Shown here: positions 49,301-57,345 of the stretch, one piece after another
How the letters are laid out: each line of letters starts with the position of its first letter
How positions within the stretch are numbered: the stretch's first letter is position 1
Assembly: GCA_025061115.1 (NCBI GenBank)
Contig: JANZKC010000001.1
Coordinates: forward strand, 448,001 to 512,000
Source of the DNA: Candidatus Culexmicrobium cathedralense
Lineage (GTDB): Archaea; Thermoproteota; Methanomethylicia; Culexarchaeales; Culexmicrobiaceae
DNA length: 64,000 nucleotides
Reading direction: 5' to 3'
The notes under the pieces: generated by a model
What the model saw: the letters and a program-made list of their open reading frames with translations, nothing else
Told to the model about the DNA's origin: nothing
The model's database searches: none
Translations under genes and position numbers: made by a program

Positions 49301-49684
49301 TCTATTCTTCAAGACTGTTACAGCGTTTACAGACAACTTCATGTCGTCAACTACGCCAAGCATCTTCTTAATTTCCCTAATTTCACTCCTCTGCTGCCTG
49401 TAGAGAATGTAAGCTTTAGCCACTTCATAGAGACCATTTTTAACAAGTACTTTCTCCACAATGTCTTGAATCTCCTCTACGTGAGGAATCTTCTTATCCC
49501 CAAATTCAGACTCCAAAATTGCGACAACTTCATCAGTTAGCTTTGCAGCTAACTTCCTAGAGCCTGTTCCAACAGACTCCATAGCCTTCCAAATAGCTCT
49601 CTCAATTCTTTCCCTATCGAAAGCTACAACTCTTCCATCTCTCTTGATGACTTTTGATACTTTAGAATGCACATTAATCACCAC
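43382..49684 (-). CDS. nrdJ: Class II adenosylcobalamin-dependent ribonucleotide reductase with ATP cone and three inteins (800 aa extein)
   Basis: VIKRDG ATP cone, PNSPTLMNAG, LSACF, GGG|TG, RRGANM, TNP|CGE, CNLGS, TIAPTG, SKTINL, KGITVYR, C-terminal Cys pair. Confidence 0.97.
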   Translation of the reverse strand: MVINVHSKVSKVIKRDGRVVAFDRERIERAIWKAMESVGTGSRKLAAKLTDEVVAILESEFGDKKIPHVEEIQDIVEKVLVKNGLYEVAKAYILYRQQRSEIREIKKMLGVVDDMKLSVNAVTVLKNRYLLKDESGKVIETPKQMFMRVARHVGLVDIFYYSEVYDKAGRQPKRQAEEPTYKLKRAVINEYDFEMLKRVYNRLGKEGKMKVSFNDLLRFLDEKWDELYEDVIDTFYKIMVNKYFLPNSPTLMNAGAPLGQLSACFVIPVEDSIESIFDALKYAALIHKSGGGCVAKGTYIYTNVCGIAPIENIVEPLIPVHLKNSDETVSIDVSNLDIRVLTYDKTDNRVNFRKVTRVWKYILPRNKLLKIKAGNGLEVVVSEWHPFIVVNERGEIVEKRADELKEGDLLLLPPKPSNWIFTEYQKIDGFKLSEKLAWAIGYLIGDGCAEPHRVRAFDREREPLELLKSILSEVFNDDVGCIYKEKRCDMWIFQTCDKRVIDFVLRNLRATDGDAWRIPEQIFKSPLSVVLSFIAGFIDAEGEVSKDRARLCITCTSHSVMRQLALLLTALGLKIRFRVRKPKRSKEKKELYVICVESSPEFSYFAREIASRMSIKRKASLLLKVVGKSSYRRSVKLSFETIRGFLEKLGINVSSLHRKPLILGGAKIWVHRWMWGHGISAVKFEMLMTKLADALERNGFFSDAEKIRTMLHAMLHSVPIIRIERLHGTDKVVMYDLTVDETETYLAGQNGFMIVHNTGFSFSRLRPKGDVVRTTMGVASGPVSFMRIFDVATDVIKQGGCIAVDSLVRTNKGILPLAELLDCPSHSENPTNYLVFDGDAFIHAFLAADNGVADVLKIKTDLGLELDVTYNHKVAVVSQEGEIIWKEAQDIRVGDWLVVVLGGHPDLPDAPLLRIEKQHFNANKIRIPERITPELAEILGLYMSDGCISADGRLIFSVSNDDKELEKIIEDLMLKVFNLKVGYKRRKEGYVDLVFYSVDLQRFFKSMNWIKKNSREAFIPREIFTSSKEVAYGFLRGLFEGDGDVHEDGYPRLQVSSERLVREVQQLLLSLGIVSSIKKYEKGENRFGRSPIYHLTIIPERSIKLFIEHIGFLTEKKNEKLLRRFHEKKFEYVDVIPNAERILMSHYSFVGRGCGKGRSKRGANQKFFRAIYHYITRNEKHRRNLTRKRLIKLLEEFPFLKEDERLVKLCDPKYYYTRVVEIKEDRKYTMDIETISGCFVANGILVHNKRRGANMGILRVDHPDIMDFIYAKTKEGVLTNFNISVAVTDEFMKAVEEEKEINLINPRTGEPQGKINAKYLFDMIVYNAWRTGDPGLVFIDRINKHNPTPQLGEIESTNPCVTGDTLVVTEKGLIPIENLTRNNPKSLSTSLIVDLRAIKSRGIVKSKPTRYVFTGIKPVYRLITREGYEIKATIDHMFLTPSGWKKLGELKEDDTLLIQSCGCFSNSIELPIKEEIDKLNNLTKRKKLNLPKEWSEDLGFVIGLLIGGGWLRKDRVGFTFSSQKLDLLKRAREIISKWYGCVKPVKRRNGTYHLSYHAKAFIEFFKKLGVGEWKAEEKRVPWSIFMAPEFAVRGFLRGLFTADGSVQGKAEEGSSIRLSSTSLRLLKDVQLLLLNFGIKSKIYERKRSKKRVSAYIDSEGKVRRYVGGDYYELVISRDSRERFIEKIGFSDERKISEFHRRSQSKFYRGRFEVTVQKIEYVGEEPVYDVTEPLTHSFIANGFIVHNCGEQPLLPFESCNLGSVNLSLMVKRRRDGRYEIDWKKLREVVRIAVHFLDNVIDANNYPLPQVEEKTLLTRKIGLGVMGWAELLFKLQIPYDSEEALNLARRIMEYINYYSKVESINLAKVRGSFPAFKGSIYDGDQPRFPFEADDEEKQYTLKWDDLRAKIKKYGIRNATTTTIAPTGTISIIAGTSSGIEPLFALAFFRRVLGGVSLFEVNSVFEEFLKERGLYSDELMREIARVGSIRYVEGMPEDIKRIFVTALDIDVDWHVRMQAAFQEFTDNAVSKTINLRYEASPEDVKRAFILAYELKCKGITVYRYGSKGEQVLYIGKPTKKKPRGVIELGPEDTGSCPKGVCRI
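44447..45607 (-). mobile_element. Intein 3 in NrdJ (387 aa, residues 1360-1746) at the active-site Cys
   Basis: STNP|CVTGDT...ATIDH...VYDV...ANGFIVHN|CGEQ; GLLIGGG and RGLFTADG motifs. Confidence 0.93.
45941..47284 (-). mobile_element. Intein 2 in NrdJ (448 aa, residues 801-1248) with LAGLIDADG endonuclease and Lys at +1
   Basis: KQGG|CIAVDS...VTYNH...TMDI...ANGILVHN|KRRGANM; GLYMSDG and RGLFEGDG motifs. Confidence 0.92.
47414..48808 (-). mobile_element. Intein 1 in NrdJ (465 aa, residues 293-757) with LAGLIDADG homing endonuclease
   Basis: SGGG|CVAKG...MYDLTV...IVHN|TGFSF; GYLIGDG and AGFIDAEG motifs. Confidence 0.93.
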
Positions 49685-49695
49685 TCACAACTAAT

Positions 49696-50238
49696 TCAAT
49701 AATAGCTAAACTCTACTTCTAAGCTTTTTGTGCTTTCATGCCTAGCCAGCCGCCTAGCCTTCAGAAGCCTAGCCTTAATGGACTTCCAGTGCTTGCCAAT
49801 CCAGTAAAGCTTACCACAATGACTACAAATCCAAAAGCGATCATTATCTGAAGGTATACTGAGTGAAGTTATCTTCAAAAACTCCTCTCGACTAATCGCC
49901 TTGAGCGGATGATTGCATACTGGGCATCGAGTATTTTCAAAGTCAACCTCAATTTTAATCAAGCCAATAGCAGCAAGTTGAGCTAAGTCCTCCTCTAAAT
50001 TAGCTCCTCTAAGCATTAGAACCTCCACGCCAGCAAACTTAGCTCTCCTATACAATTCGAAGTCTTTAGTCAGCAATACTCGACAGCTGTTTTTGGCGAG
50101 TTCAACAAGTTTCTCATCAGACAAGTCCTTGCAGTATTCGACGTCATAGCCTAAGAGCCTAAGCCACCTAGCTAACTTGCCGAGCATGCCATCAGCAATA
50201 AACTTGCTTTGCCTTGACGACTCTCCCTGCAGGCTCAA
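49696..50238 (-). CDS. Mut7-C RNase (PIN-like, DUF82) domain protein
   Basis: FIADGMLGKLARWLRLLGYD, LLTKD, RCPVCN, C..CGKLYW.G.HW. Confidence 0.9.
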   Translation of the reverse strand: MSLQGESSRQSKFIADGMLGKLARWLRLLGYDVEYCKDLSDEKLVELAKNSCRVLLTKDFELYRRAKFAGVEVLMLRGANLEEDLAQLAAIGLIKIEVDFENTRCPVCNHPLKAISREEFLKITSLSIPSDNDRFWICSHCGKLYWIGKHWKSIKARLLKARRLARHESTKSLEVEFSYY

Positions 50239-51544
50239 TCACCTCTCCGCGCTCAGCAACCAAAACGCCAGAAACGAAAGTAGCTATTGGCATGCCCACA
50301 ACTCTAAACCCCTCAAATGGGCTGTACTTAGCCTTAGACTTAAAGGTTGCTGGATCAACAACGTACTCCCTACTTAAATCCAATATGACGATGTCAGCGT
50401 CGAATCCAGCTTCTATTCTACCCTTACCCTCCAACTTGAAAATGCGTGATGGAGACTCACACATCAGCTCCACCAACCTTCTAAGCGATATTCGCCCCAT
50501 CGAAACAGCATTTAACATTAAGGGAAGAATTGTCTCCAGCCCAGGAATTCCAGGCCTAACATGCCAAACGTCGGTTGAAGACTTCTCCTCAATTGTGTGA
50601 GGAGCATGATCACTTGCAATCAAATCAACCAGACCATTAATCACTCCACCCCATAGAGCCTCCAAGTCCTCCTTGGACCGTAGAGGAGGCTCCATAACCG
50701 CAAAGCCACCGAACTTTTCTACAGCACTGGAAGTCAAGTATAAGTGGTGGGGAGTTACTTCACACGACGCATAAGCCCTATTATTCGAAATAATCCTCAA
50801 CCCATCGCCCGTACTTACGTGAGCGAAGTGCACTTTTAACCCAACATGCCTAGCAATCTTAATTGCTCTTTCAATAGCTTTAACCTCAGCTTCAGGGGGA
50901 TGGGATTTTAGGAAAGCATCAAAATCTCCAATACCGCGTCTCTTAAACTCCTCCTCAAATTCGGATACAGTTAAGCGATCCTCAGCATGAATCGAAACCG
51001 GAACTCCAAACTTCTTAACTTCATTAAAAGCCCCTTCAATTGCACTATCATCATCAACGTCCAGGGAGCCAATCTGCCTACTCAAATTCAACTTAAAGCC
51101 AACAGCGCCTACACGTACAATATCCCCAATTTCATCCAAATCTCTTGGAAAAGCACTGTAGAAGCCAACGTTAACGTATATCCTCCCATCAGCCAAAGCC
51201 ATTCTTTTAAGTAGTGCATCTGCCGAGTCAGTAACTGGCCTATTGTTAGGCATGTCCAGAACCGTAGTTACGCCTCCAACAGCTGCAGCCATCGTTCCAG
51301 TTTCAAATGTCTCCTTGTACGAGAGCTCTTGATCCCTCAAATGAACATGAACGTCAATTACCCCGGGAATAGCAATTTTCCCTGGAAAACTGTGTCTTTT
51401 AATTGATGGAGGCATCACTCCCTCCTTGCCCACCTTAACTATCTTTCCAGAATCAATCGCTATTGAAGCCTCAACGAGTTCTCCCTTAAAGTAAACCTTG
51501 CAGCCACTGATAATTAGGTCGACAACCCCCAATTCAAGCACCAC
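50192..51544 (-). CDS. pyrC: Dihydroorotase (amidohydrolase superfamily)
   Basis: PGVIDVHVHLRD, DMPN, HAED, HVST, EVTPHHL, PPLR, ASDHAPH, SPFEG. Confidence 0.85.
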   Translation of the reverse strand: MVLELGVVDLIISGCKVYFKGELVEASIAIDSGKIVKVGKEGVMPPSIKRHSFPGKIAIPGVIDVHVHLRDQELSYKETFETGTMAAAVGGVTTVLDMPNNRPVTDSADALLKRMALADGRIYVNVGFYSAFPRDLDEIGDIVRVGAVGFKLNLSRQIGSLDVDDDSAIEGAFNEVKKFGVPVSIHAEDRLTVSEFEEEFKRRGIGDFDAFLKSHPPEAEVKAIERAIKIARHVGLKVHFAHVSTGDGLRIISNNRAYASCEVTPHHLYLTSSAVEKFGGFAVMEPPLRSKEDLEALWGGVINGLVDLIASDHAPHTIEEKSSTDVWHVRPGIPGLETILPLMLNAVSMGRISLRRLVELMCESPSRIFKLEGKGRIEAGFDADIVILDLSREYVVDPATFKSKAKYSPFEGFRVVGMPIATFVSGVLVAERGEVIEPAGRVVKAKQVYC

Positions 51545-52334
51545 CTAAAGCCAAGAACTTTATGAAATCCCTCAACTGAACAACGCTCTTCAAATCACCC
51601 TTAAAGTCCGTAACCACCAGCCCCCTCAGTTGATTTTCAATAATCAATTTGGCTGCTTCACCTACGGTGGAGTCCTCCAAAACATGTGGAGGAGCGCGCC
51701 TCATAGCATCTGAAACAAAGAGGAATTTTATTCGCCTCCTCCTATGCTTCTCAGGCGTTCTCTCATGAAATAAGCGTAAAGCCTTGATCAAGTCCCAGTC
51801 CGACACTAAGCCAACTAATCGCCCATCATTATTTAAAACCGGCAAAGCCTGCAAACCACTCTCGATCATAGTAGCTCTTGCATGTAAAACTCTATCATCA
51901 GGTTTAAGCGCAACAAAATCACTTGAAGGAATAATTCTAACAGGAAAAGACTTGTCCAAGTAAAACTTTATCAAGTCCTCCTCAGTAACCAATCCAACCA
52001 GATCTCCACTATCGTCAACCACTGGCACTCCACAAACGTCTCCAAGGGCGATGAACTTAGCTGCTTCATAGATATCCGCATCAGGAGAAGTGGTCCGCAA
52101 ATTGATGCTCATGACGCTAGAGGCATAAAGGCTCGAAAAGGACATAAGCCTAACTCTTTCGCTCCAAATGCGCTCTAAAACATTTCTCAAAGTAATTAAT
52201 CCAATAAGCCTCTTTTCATCAGTTACGGCGATGCAACTAACACCTAAATCTTCCATCAAGTCCAGCACGTATGAAAGAGGCCTATCCTTATCGACTTGAG
52301 GCGGAGCTCTCATGTAATTCCTAACGAGGACCAT
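51534..52334 (-). CDS. CBS-domain protein (two CBS pairs)
   Basis: Repeated P-V-V-D..G.LVG.V motifs. Confidence 0.85.
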   Translation of the reverse strand: MVLVRNYMRAPPQVDKDRPLSYVLDLMEDLGVSCIAVTDEKRLIGLITLRNVLERIWSERVRLMSFSSLYASSVMSINLRTTSPDADIYEAAKFIALGDVCGVPVVDDSGDLVGLVTEEDLIKFYLDKSFPVRIIPSSDFVALKPDDRVLHARATMIESGLQALPVLNNDGRLVGLVSDWDLIKALRLFHERTPEKHRRRRIKFLFVSDAMRRAPPHVLEDSTVGEAAKLIIENQLRGLVVTDFKGDLKSVVQLRDFIKFLALGGA

Positions 52335-52338
52335 GATG

Positions 52339-53211
52339 TCACCTCGAATCCATCTTCGCCATTGCCTTTACAATGTCAGTTTTAGTAATTATGCCAGTTA
52401 ATTCTCCATCCGAATTCACAACCGGCAACCCGCTTATTCCATTTCTAATCATAATTTCAGCAGCCTTGGCCGAATCCTCATCTTCAAGAATCGTAATTGG
52501 GTTAGATGTCATCATATCAGCTACTATTGGAATTCTAAAAATCTTAACTACTCTACTCACTTTGCCCTCGCTAGCAATTGCCTTGACGAACTTCAACCGC
52601 CTAGGGTGAGTCGTTAATGTTATGAAAGTCAGATCCGTCTTTGTAATTACACCAATAGGCACTTTACCATCAACCACCACAACTCTACTTATGCCATGCT
52701 CCTTCATCAACCTACCAACCCTATAAACTGTGTGAGCAGGATTAACCGTAACGACAGGAGTAGACATTATATCTGAAACCTTGAAGTAACCAGAATAGTA
52801 AAGCGCATAAGCCCTAGTCAAGTCGGTCTTGGTAACTATTCCGAGAAGTCTGCCTGAACTATCAGTGACGGGCAAACCGCTAATCTTCCTCTTAACCATA
52901 ATTCTAGCAGCATTCTTCAAGTAAGTTCTAGGTCCAATAGTTATTACTGGAGAAGACATAACCTCCTCCACCAATATTTCATCAATCGTCCTAGCAATCC
53001 TCCCTCCACTTTCCTCCCAAACCTTCATTGCAATGTTAGTTTCAGTTAAAATGCCAATAGGCTTTAGAGTTTCATCGACAACTACGAGCCTACTAATATC
53101 GTGGTGAAGCATTAAGTTTCTAGCCCTAGCAAGCGTGTCCTTAGGAGAAATGACGACTACTTGAGGAGTCATAACATCAGAAACTCTAAGTGTCAAAGTT
53201 AACCCCCACAT
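52339..53211 (-). CDS. CBS-domain protein (two CBS pairs)
   Basis: ISRLVVVD, ISGLPV..GIVTKTD repeats. Confidence 0.9.
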   Translation of the reverse strand: MWGLTLTLRVSDVMTPQVVVISPKDTLARARNLMLHHDISRLVVVDETLKPIGILTETNIAMKVWEESGGRIARTIDEILVEEVMSSPVITIGPRTYLKNAARIMVKRKISGLPVTDSSGRLLGIVTKTDLTRAYALYYSGYFKVSDIMSTPVVTVNPAHTVYRVGRLMKEHGISRVVVVDGKVPIGVITKTDLTFITLTTHPRRLKFVKAIASEGKVSRVVKIFRIPIVADMMTSNPITILEDEDSAKAAEIMIRNGISGLPVVNSDGELTGIITKTDIVKAMAKMDSR

Positions 53212-53255
53212 CTATATGGTTTTTAGAGATTAAAGTGTAATGTTAAATTAATGTT

Positions 53256-53816
53256 TTAAGTAGACCTGCAATCCGGACAGAGGAAGCGTCCATCAACCTC
53301 CAATAAGGAGTCAGACCACTCCCCACATTCATCACAATATCCAGCTAGGAGCTCCTCACCCACGTAAGCGCTTTCAGGTTCAGATATCCTTGCAGATTCA
53401 ATTAAAATTTCAATGATTTCCGGAGCTACCTTCAAAATGTCTCTCGCAGTGATTATTCCAACTAGCTTGCCTTCATCAATTACAACTAGCCTCCTAATGT
53501 TCTTCCTAGCCATAAGCCTTGCAGCTTCAGTTAGGCTCGTTTTAGGAGAAATAGTGATGAGCGGTGAAGACATTATCTCTGAAACTTTAACTTTAGATGG
53601 AACTCTACCTTCAGCGATTACTTGAATCGTCAAATCCCTCTCAGTTACAATGCCAATTGGACTGTTATCGCCGCTAGCAACTACAATTACACTTCCAATC
53701 TCATGATCCCTCATCAACTTAGCAACCACATCAACGGTAGTGCCCTGAGACACCGTAATTGGATTTTTAGTCATCACATCTTCAACGCGAATGCGCTCAA
53801 CCCTTGGATACGGCAA
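53256..53816 (-). CDS. CBS-pair protein with C-terminal Zn ribbon
   Basis: GIVTERD, IRRLVV, GYCDECG...LCPDC. Confidence 0.9.
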   Translation of the reverse strand: MPYPRVERIRVEDVMTKNPITVSQGTTVDVVAKLMRDHEIGSVIVVASGDNSPIGIVTERDLTIQVIAEGRVPSKVKVSEIMSSPLITISPKTSLTEAARLMARKNIRRLVVIDEGKLVGIITARDILKVAPEIIEILIESARISEPESAYVGEELLAGYCDECGEWSDSLLEVDGRFLCPDCRST

Positions 53817-53865
53817 TTCAACACACCTTTACTGAAATAATATTTGAGCCCAGCTAAATAATACT

Positions 53866-55890
53866 TTACTTCTCCCTACTGGAGAGAATTCTAAATCCAC
53901 CCTTCGGCATGAAACTAGCAATGCCTGAAATAGAAAGCTTCTTCAAGCACGCTCTAACAGCTTCATCGCAATCATCCATAAGTAAATGCTTAACCTTCTT
54001 AGCAGCAACATCCCTACTAATAGAGCCCGGAGCAAGAACCACAAACTTTGAAGCCATCTTCCTAATTGCACTTGGAGGGCCGGCGACCAGCTGAGCAGCA
54101 TCACCCTCAAATTTAATTCCAATAGCAACTCTCAATGGAATGTCATGCAAGTAGTTGCGCTTCCCATACACCATAAATGCGCCCCTAGCCAAGTACTCGC
54201 CCGACGGAGGCCTTTTAGAAACTTGACTTCCATAAACCCAGTATGCTGAAGCAGCTTCCAAACCAGCAGTCCAAGCTCTGGAGTATGAAACTGCCAGTTG
54301 AGCAGCCTCCATAAGAGTCTGATTTGGTACAGGCTTACCCTCACACTTTACAATTACGGCCGGGCCGCCATGAATGTCTGCATGAATAAAAATGTCATCA
54401 GGTTTCATCCACTTCCTAACTAGCGCTTCATTCTGAGATGCATCTCTCCCACCAACAACCAGAAATTCATCAGATGAAATAAACCACCTAAAGTTCTCAT
54501 ACCACTTCCTCTTCCTGACAACTCCAATAACCTTAACCGGCTTAACTACAGCCTTCTTCAAGGCCTTTTCAACTTCAGATTCAATCTTCAATCTAACCTC
54601 CTCGATAGCAGCTCTAGCTCTCTCAGCCCTCCTAGAAAGATCCTTAGCCTCATCATAGAAAGCCGATGCATTAGCAGCAGCCGATTTAAGCACATTAAGC
54701 GGCAAAACTTCATCGCCAAACTTCAAATACAGCATCCTACTCTTAGGGTCAAAATCAATAATTGCACGAGCCAACATTTCATCTTCAATTTCGGAAATTC
54801 TTTCAGCAACCTCACCCCATGAAAATCCCGACCTCACGAGATCATTAACCAAGCTGATGGCTCTCTGAGCTAAATCCAAGTTTCTCATTATAAGATCAGC
54901 CCAAACCCTAAACTTTAAAGCCTCAGACTCAAGCTCCGAAAGCCTTTTCAACTGCCTATCCAAAATAACTTTAAACTTCCCCTCAACCTCCCTCCGCACC
55001 TTAGCCCTTAACTCATTCTCCTCAAATTTCACTAGCCTACTAAAGTACTCATCTAGAGCTTCATTGAAGCTCTCGAAGTACTCTGCCTTAAACCCATCAT
55101 ATAATTTAAAGTCTATTGGCGTAACTGAAACTATGCTGCCATCGTCATCCAATATTATTTGGGGATTTAAGCTGCCCTCCCTAATTGAATTCACCATATC
55201 TAGAAATTCGCATAAAATTAATTCAACTTCATCATCACTGAGCAACTTAGCTTTCCGACCCCTATCAATATTAGCTCTTGCACAAACTTCCTCAGCAAGC
55301 TCTCCTGAGAGATTTAATAATCTAGTTAAAGCCTGAACCACATTACCTCTAAAGCTTTTGAAGCTCTCTAAAATAGCCGACTTCTGCGCCTCAAGGGGAT
55401 TTAAACCTCTAAGAGGAGGAAAAGCGTATAATTCACCTGGAATTAAGCTCCTATCCCTCATCCTCAAACGCTTAAGTGCAGCGCGAATTCTAAGAGAGCT
55501 GTCGGCTACGATCAAATTCCCATTGCCAACCAGCTCCAAAATGAGAAGTAAGTGACCATCCATTTTGGTATTAACTTTAATAATGAGAACCCTATCAAAG
55601 TCGTATTGATTGAGCTCAACCACCCTCATCCTATTAAAATTCTTCCTGATAAACGTGCAGAGCGGCGAGGGCATCCTAGGCTTCTCAAAGTCAAACTTCG
55701 TTAGATGAATTCTCCGGCCGGCTTCAAACACCAAGTTTAGAGTTTCCTCACCTCTAAACTTGAATAGGAAGAAGTTCTCAGACAAGTGATACGCGTTGTT
55801 AAAGTAGGAGCTTATAAGCTTAGGCTTCAACTCCTCCGCAACGCACATCAAGTCTAAGGCATTCATCTCCCGCTTAACCTTAAAGTTCAC
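53866..55890 (-). CDS. rqcH: Ribosome quality-control factor Rqc2/RqcH (NEMF/NFACT family)
   Basis: FDRV, EL.GNGN, NA..FY..AK, WYENFRWF.SS..FLVVGGRDA.QNE, HADIHG, QVSK..PSGEYL..GAF. Confidence 0.93.
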   Translation of the reverse strand: MNFKVKREMNALDLMCVAEELKPKLISSYFNNAYHLSENFFLFKFRGEETLNLVFEAGRRIHLTKFDFEKPRMPSPLCTFIRKNFNRMRVVELNQYDFDRVLIIKVNTKMDGHLLLILELVGNGNLIVADSSLRIRAALKRLRMRDRSLIPGELYAFPPLRGLNPLEAQKSAILESFKSFRGNVVQALTRLLNLSGELAEEVCARANIDRGRKAKLLSDDEVELILCEFLDMVNSIREGSLNPQIILDDDGSIVSVTPIDFKLYDGFKAEYFESFNEALDEYFSRLVKFEENELRAKVRREVEGKFKVILDRQLKRLSELESEALKFRVWADLIMRNLDLAQRAISLVNDLVRSGFSWGEVAERISEIEDEMLARAIIDFDPKSRMLYLKFGDEVLPLNVLKSAAANASAFYDEAKDLSRRAERARAAIEEVRLKIESEVEKALKKAVVKPVKVIGVVRKRKWYENFRWFISSDEFLVVGGRDASQNEALVRKWMKPDDIFIHADIHGGPAVIVKCEGKPVPNQTLMEAAQLAVSYSRAWTAGLEAASAYWVYGSQVSKRPPSGEYLARGAFMVYGKRNYLHDIPLRVAIGIKFEGDAAQLVAGPPSAIRKMASKFVVLAPGSISRDVAAKKVKHLLMDDCDEAVRACLKKLSISGIASFMPKGGFRILSSREK

Positions 55891-55947
55891 AGCTCTTCAC
55901 CAGCGATAAGCTTATGAGAATGGTATAATCACGTAAATTTAAGCGCT

Positions 55948-56241
55948 ATGGATGGTGAATGGATGAACCCCGCAACCAAAGTTTATCTGCTTAGAGGAAT
56001 TCTAGGACTCATCGCCTCAACCATATGCATAGCCCTTAACTTAACTGGAACTCTAGGATTAGCAGTAGGAATATTCCTCTACGGATTCTCATTTCCAATC
56101 ATGAAGCACGTAATGAAGCTGAGCGAATTGGACTTCAAAGGGCCAGAAGAAATATACTTCAACGGCTTAGCGCCATTCCTCGCACTATGGATAATTCCAT
56201 GGGTAATAATCTACAACTTCCTCTACGCTGCAAAGCCATAA
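55948..56241 (+). CDS. EMC6/Rab5ip-like three-TM membrane protein
   Basis: Y..R..LG.......L.LTG..G; FK....I...GL..F...W...YN pattern. Confidence 0.6.
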   Translation: MDGEWMNPATKVYLLRGILGLIASTICIALNLTGTLGLAVGIFLYGFSFPIMKHVMKLSELDFKGPEEIYFNGLAPFLALWIIPWVIIYNFLYAAKP

Positions 56242-56242
56242 A

Positions 56243-56878
56243 CTAAAAATCTTTTCTAAAAGTACTGCACTTGATAAGCAATTCTTCATCCTCGACTATT
56301 TCATTAGACTTCAAATACTCGATCAATCCAGGAGCTACTAGAGGGGAGCCATCAACAAGAGGGTAAGCGTAGGGGAGGTAAATTTCATGGTGCTCTCCAT
56401 CTTTAATTGTAAATCCAACTTGAATGGGAACTTCACTTAATTCCGCTCCCCCATAAACTTTAAGAGCAACGTAAACTGCCCCATCAATGGAAAATTGATG
56501 GGGGCCAAGGCTCCTGGCAACGCACATAGGAAGCCTACTCGTCAAGAAATACCTCGTCCTACTCCTAGGAGGATAATCACCCAATATCCCGCCAACAATA
56601 ACTCCACGCCTACAACTAAAATCCCGCCGACAAAGAAGCGCGGGAGAATTTGGATCCAAAATTATGAAATCATCATGGCTAAAAACCCCTTCTCCAATTA
56701 ACTCCACAACGCTATTCCTCTCAACCCTCCCAAGCTCGCTAAGCTTCTCACATTCCCAATCACCTCTAACATTAGTGAAAATCAGATTATCCCAGCCGAC
56801 CATTTGAGAAACATGCCGGTACTCCAGCCAAAGCCACCTACTTAGAAACGGCTCCAAATGCTCTATAACAACCTCCAT
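56243..56878 (-). CDS. SPOUT methyltransferase, Sfm1/DUF431-like
   Basis: IEHLE...W..LEY, ILDP, VGGILGDYPPR.RT, RSLG.HQFSIDGA, LPY.YP. Confidence 0.85.
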   Translation of the reverse strand: MEVVIEHLEPFLSRWLWLEYRHVSQMVGWDNLIFTNVRGDWECEKLSELGRVERNSVVELIGEGVFSHDDFIILDPNSPALLCRRDFSCRRGVIVGGILGDYPPRSRTRYFLTSRLPMCVARSLGPHQFSIDGAVYVALKVYGGAELSEVPIQVGFTIKDGEHHEIYLPYAYPLVDGSPLVAPGLIEYLKSNEIVEDEELLIKCSTFRKDF

Positions 56879-57283
56879 TCACCTTACACCCTTCATGGAC
56901 TTCTTAACTTGAATTATGGTATCTATGATCGTGAGCCAAGCATGAAGAAAGCCGGCCTCGAAGTCATCGATATTCTCCCTAGCCAAATCCTTCACAATAG
57001 ACTCCCTCATCCCAGCAAGAGAATTTAAATCAGCATTTCTAACTTTCCAAAAGAAAGTTATCGGCGCTCCCTCCCTGCCAGCTGCAATCATCCCCCTCGC
57101 AGCAACATAGCAGCCTTCACCCCAAACGCCCCTCCTCCTAATCTCATCTTTAACCTCATTTAGAAGCCTCTCAGCAGCACTATAATTTTCAAAGTACGAG
57201 TAGCGAGCTAATGTAGCTATGTGCTTTAGCACTGCCCTCCTACTCCTACTAATTATAGGCATCAAGCCACCCCATACAGGCAA
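56879..57283 (-). CDS. Hypothetical helical protein
   Basis: 134 aa ORF abutting the SPOUT gene; DDFEAGF..AW. Confidence 0.6.
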   Translation of the reverse strand: MPVWGGLMPIISRSRRAVLKHIATLARYSYFENYSAAERLLNEVKDEIRRRGVWGEGCYVAARGMIAAGREGAPITFFWKVRNADLNSLAGMRESIVKDLARENIDDFEAGFLHAWLTIIDTIIQVKKSMKGVR

Positions 57284-57345
57284 GCACTTAATTTCCCATT
57301 AACTTTGAGCAGCATAACGTAATTAAATTATTTTCTTAATACTTT

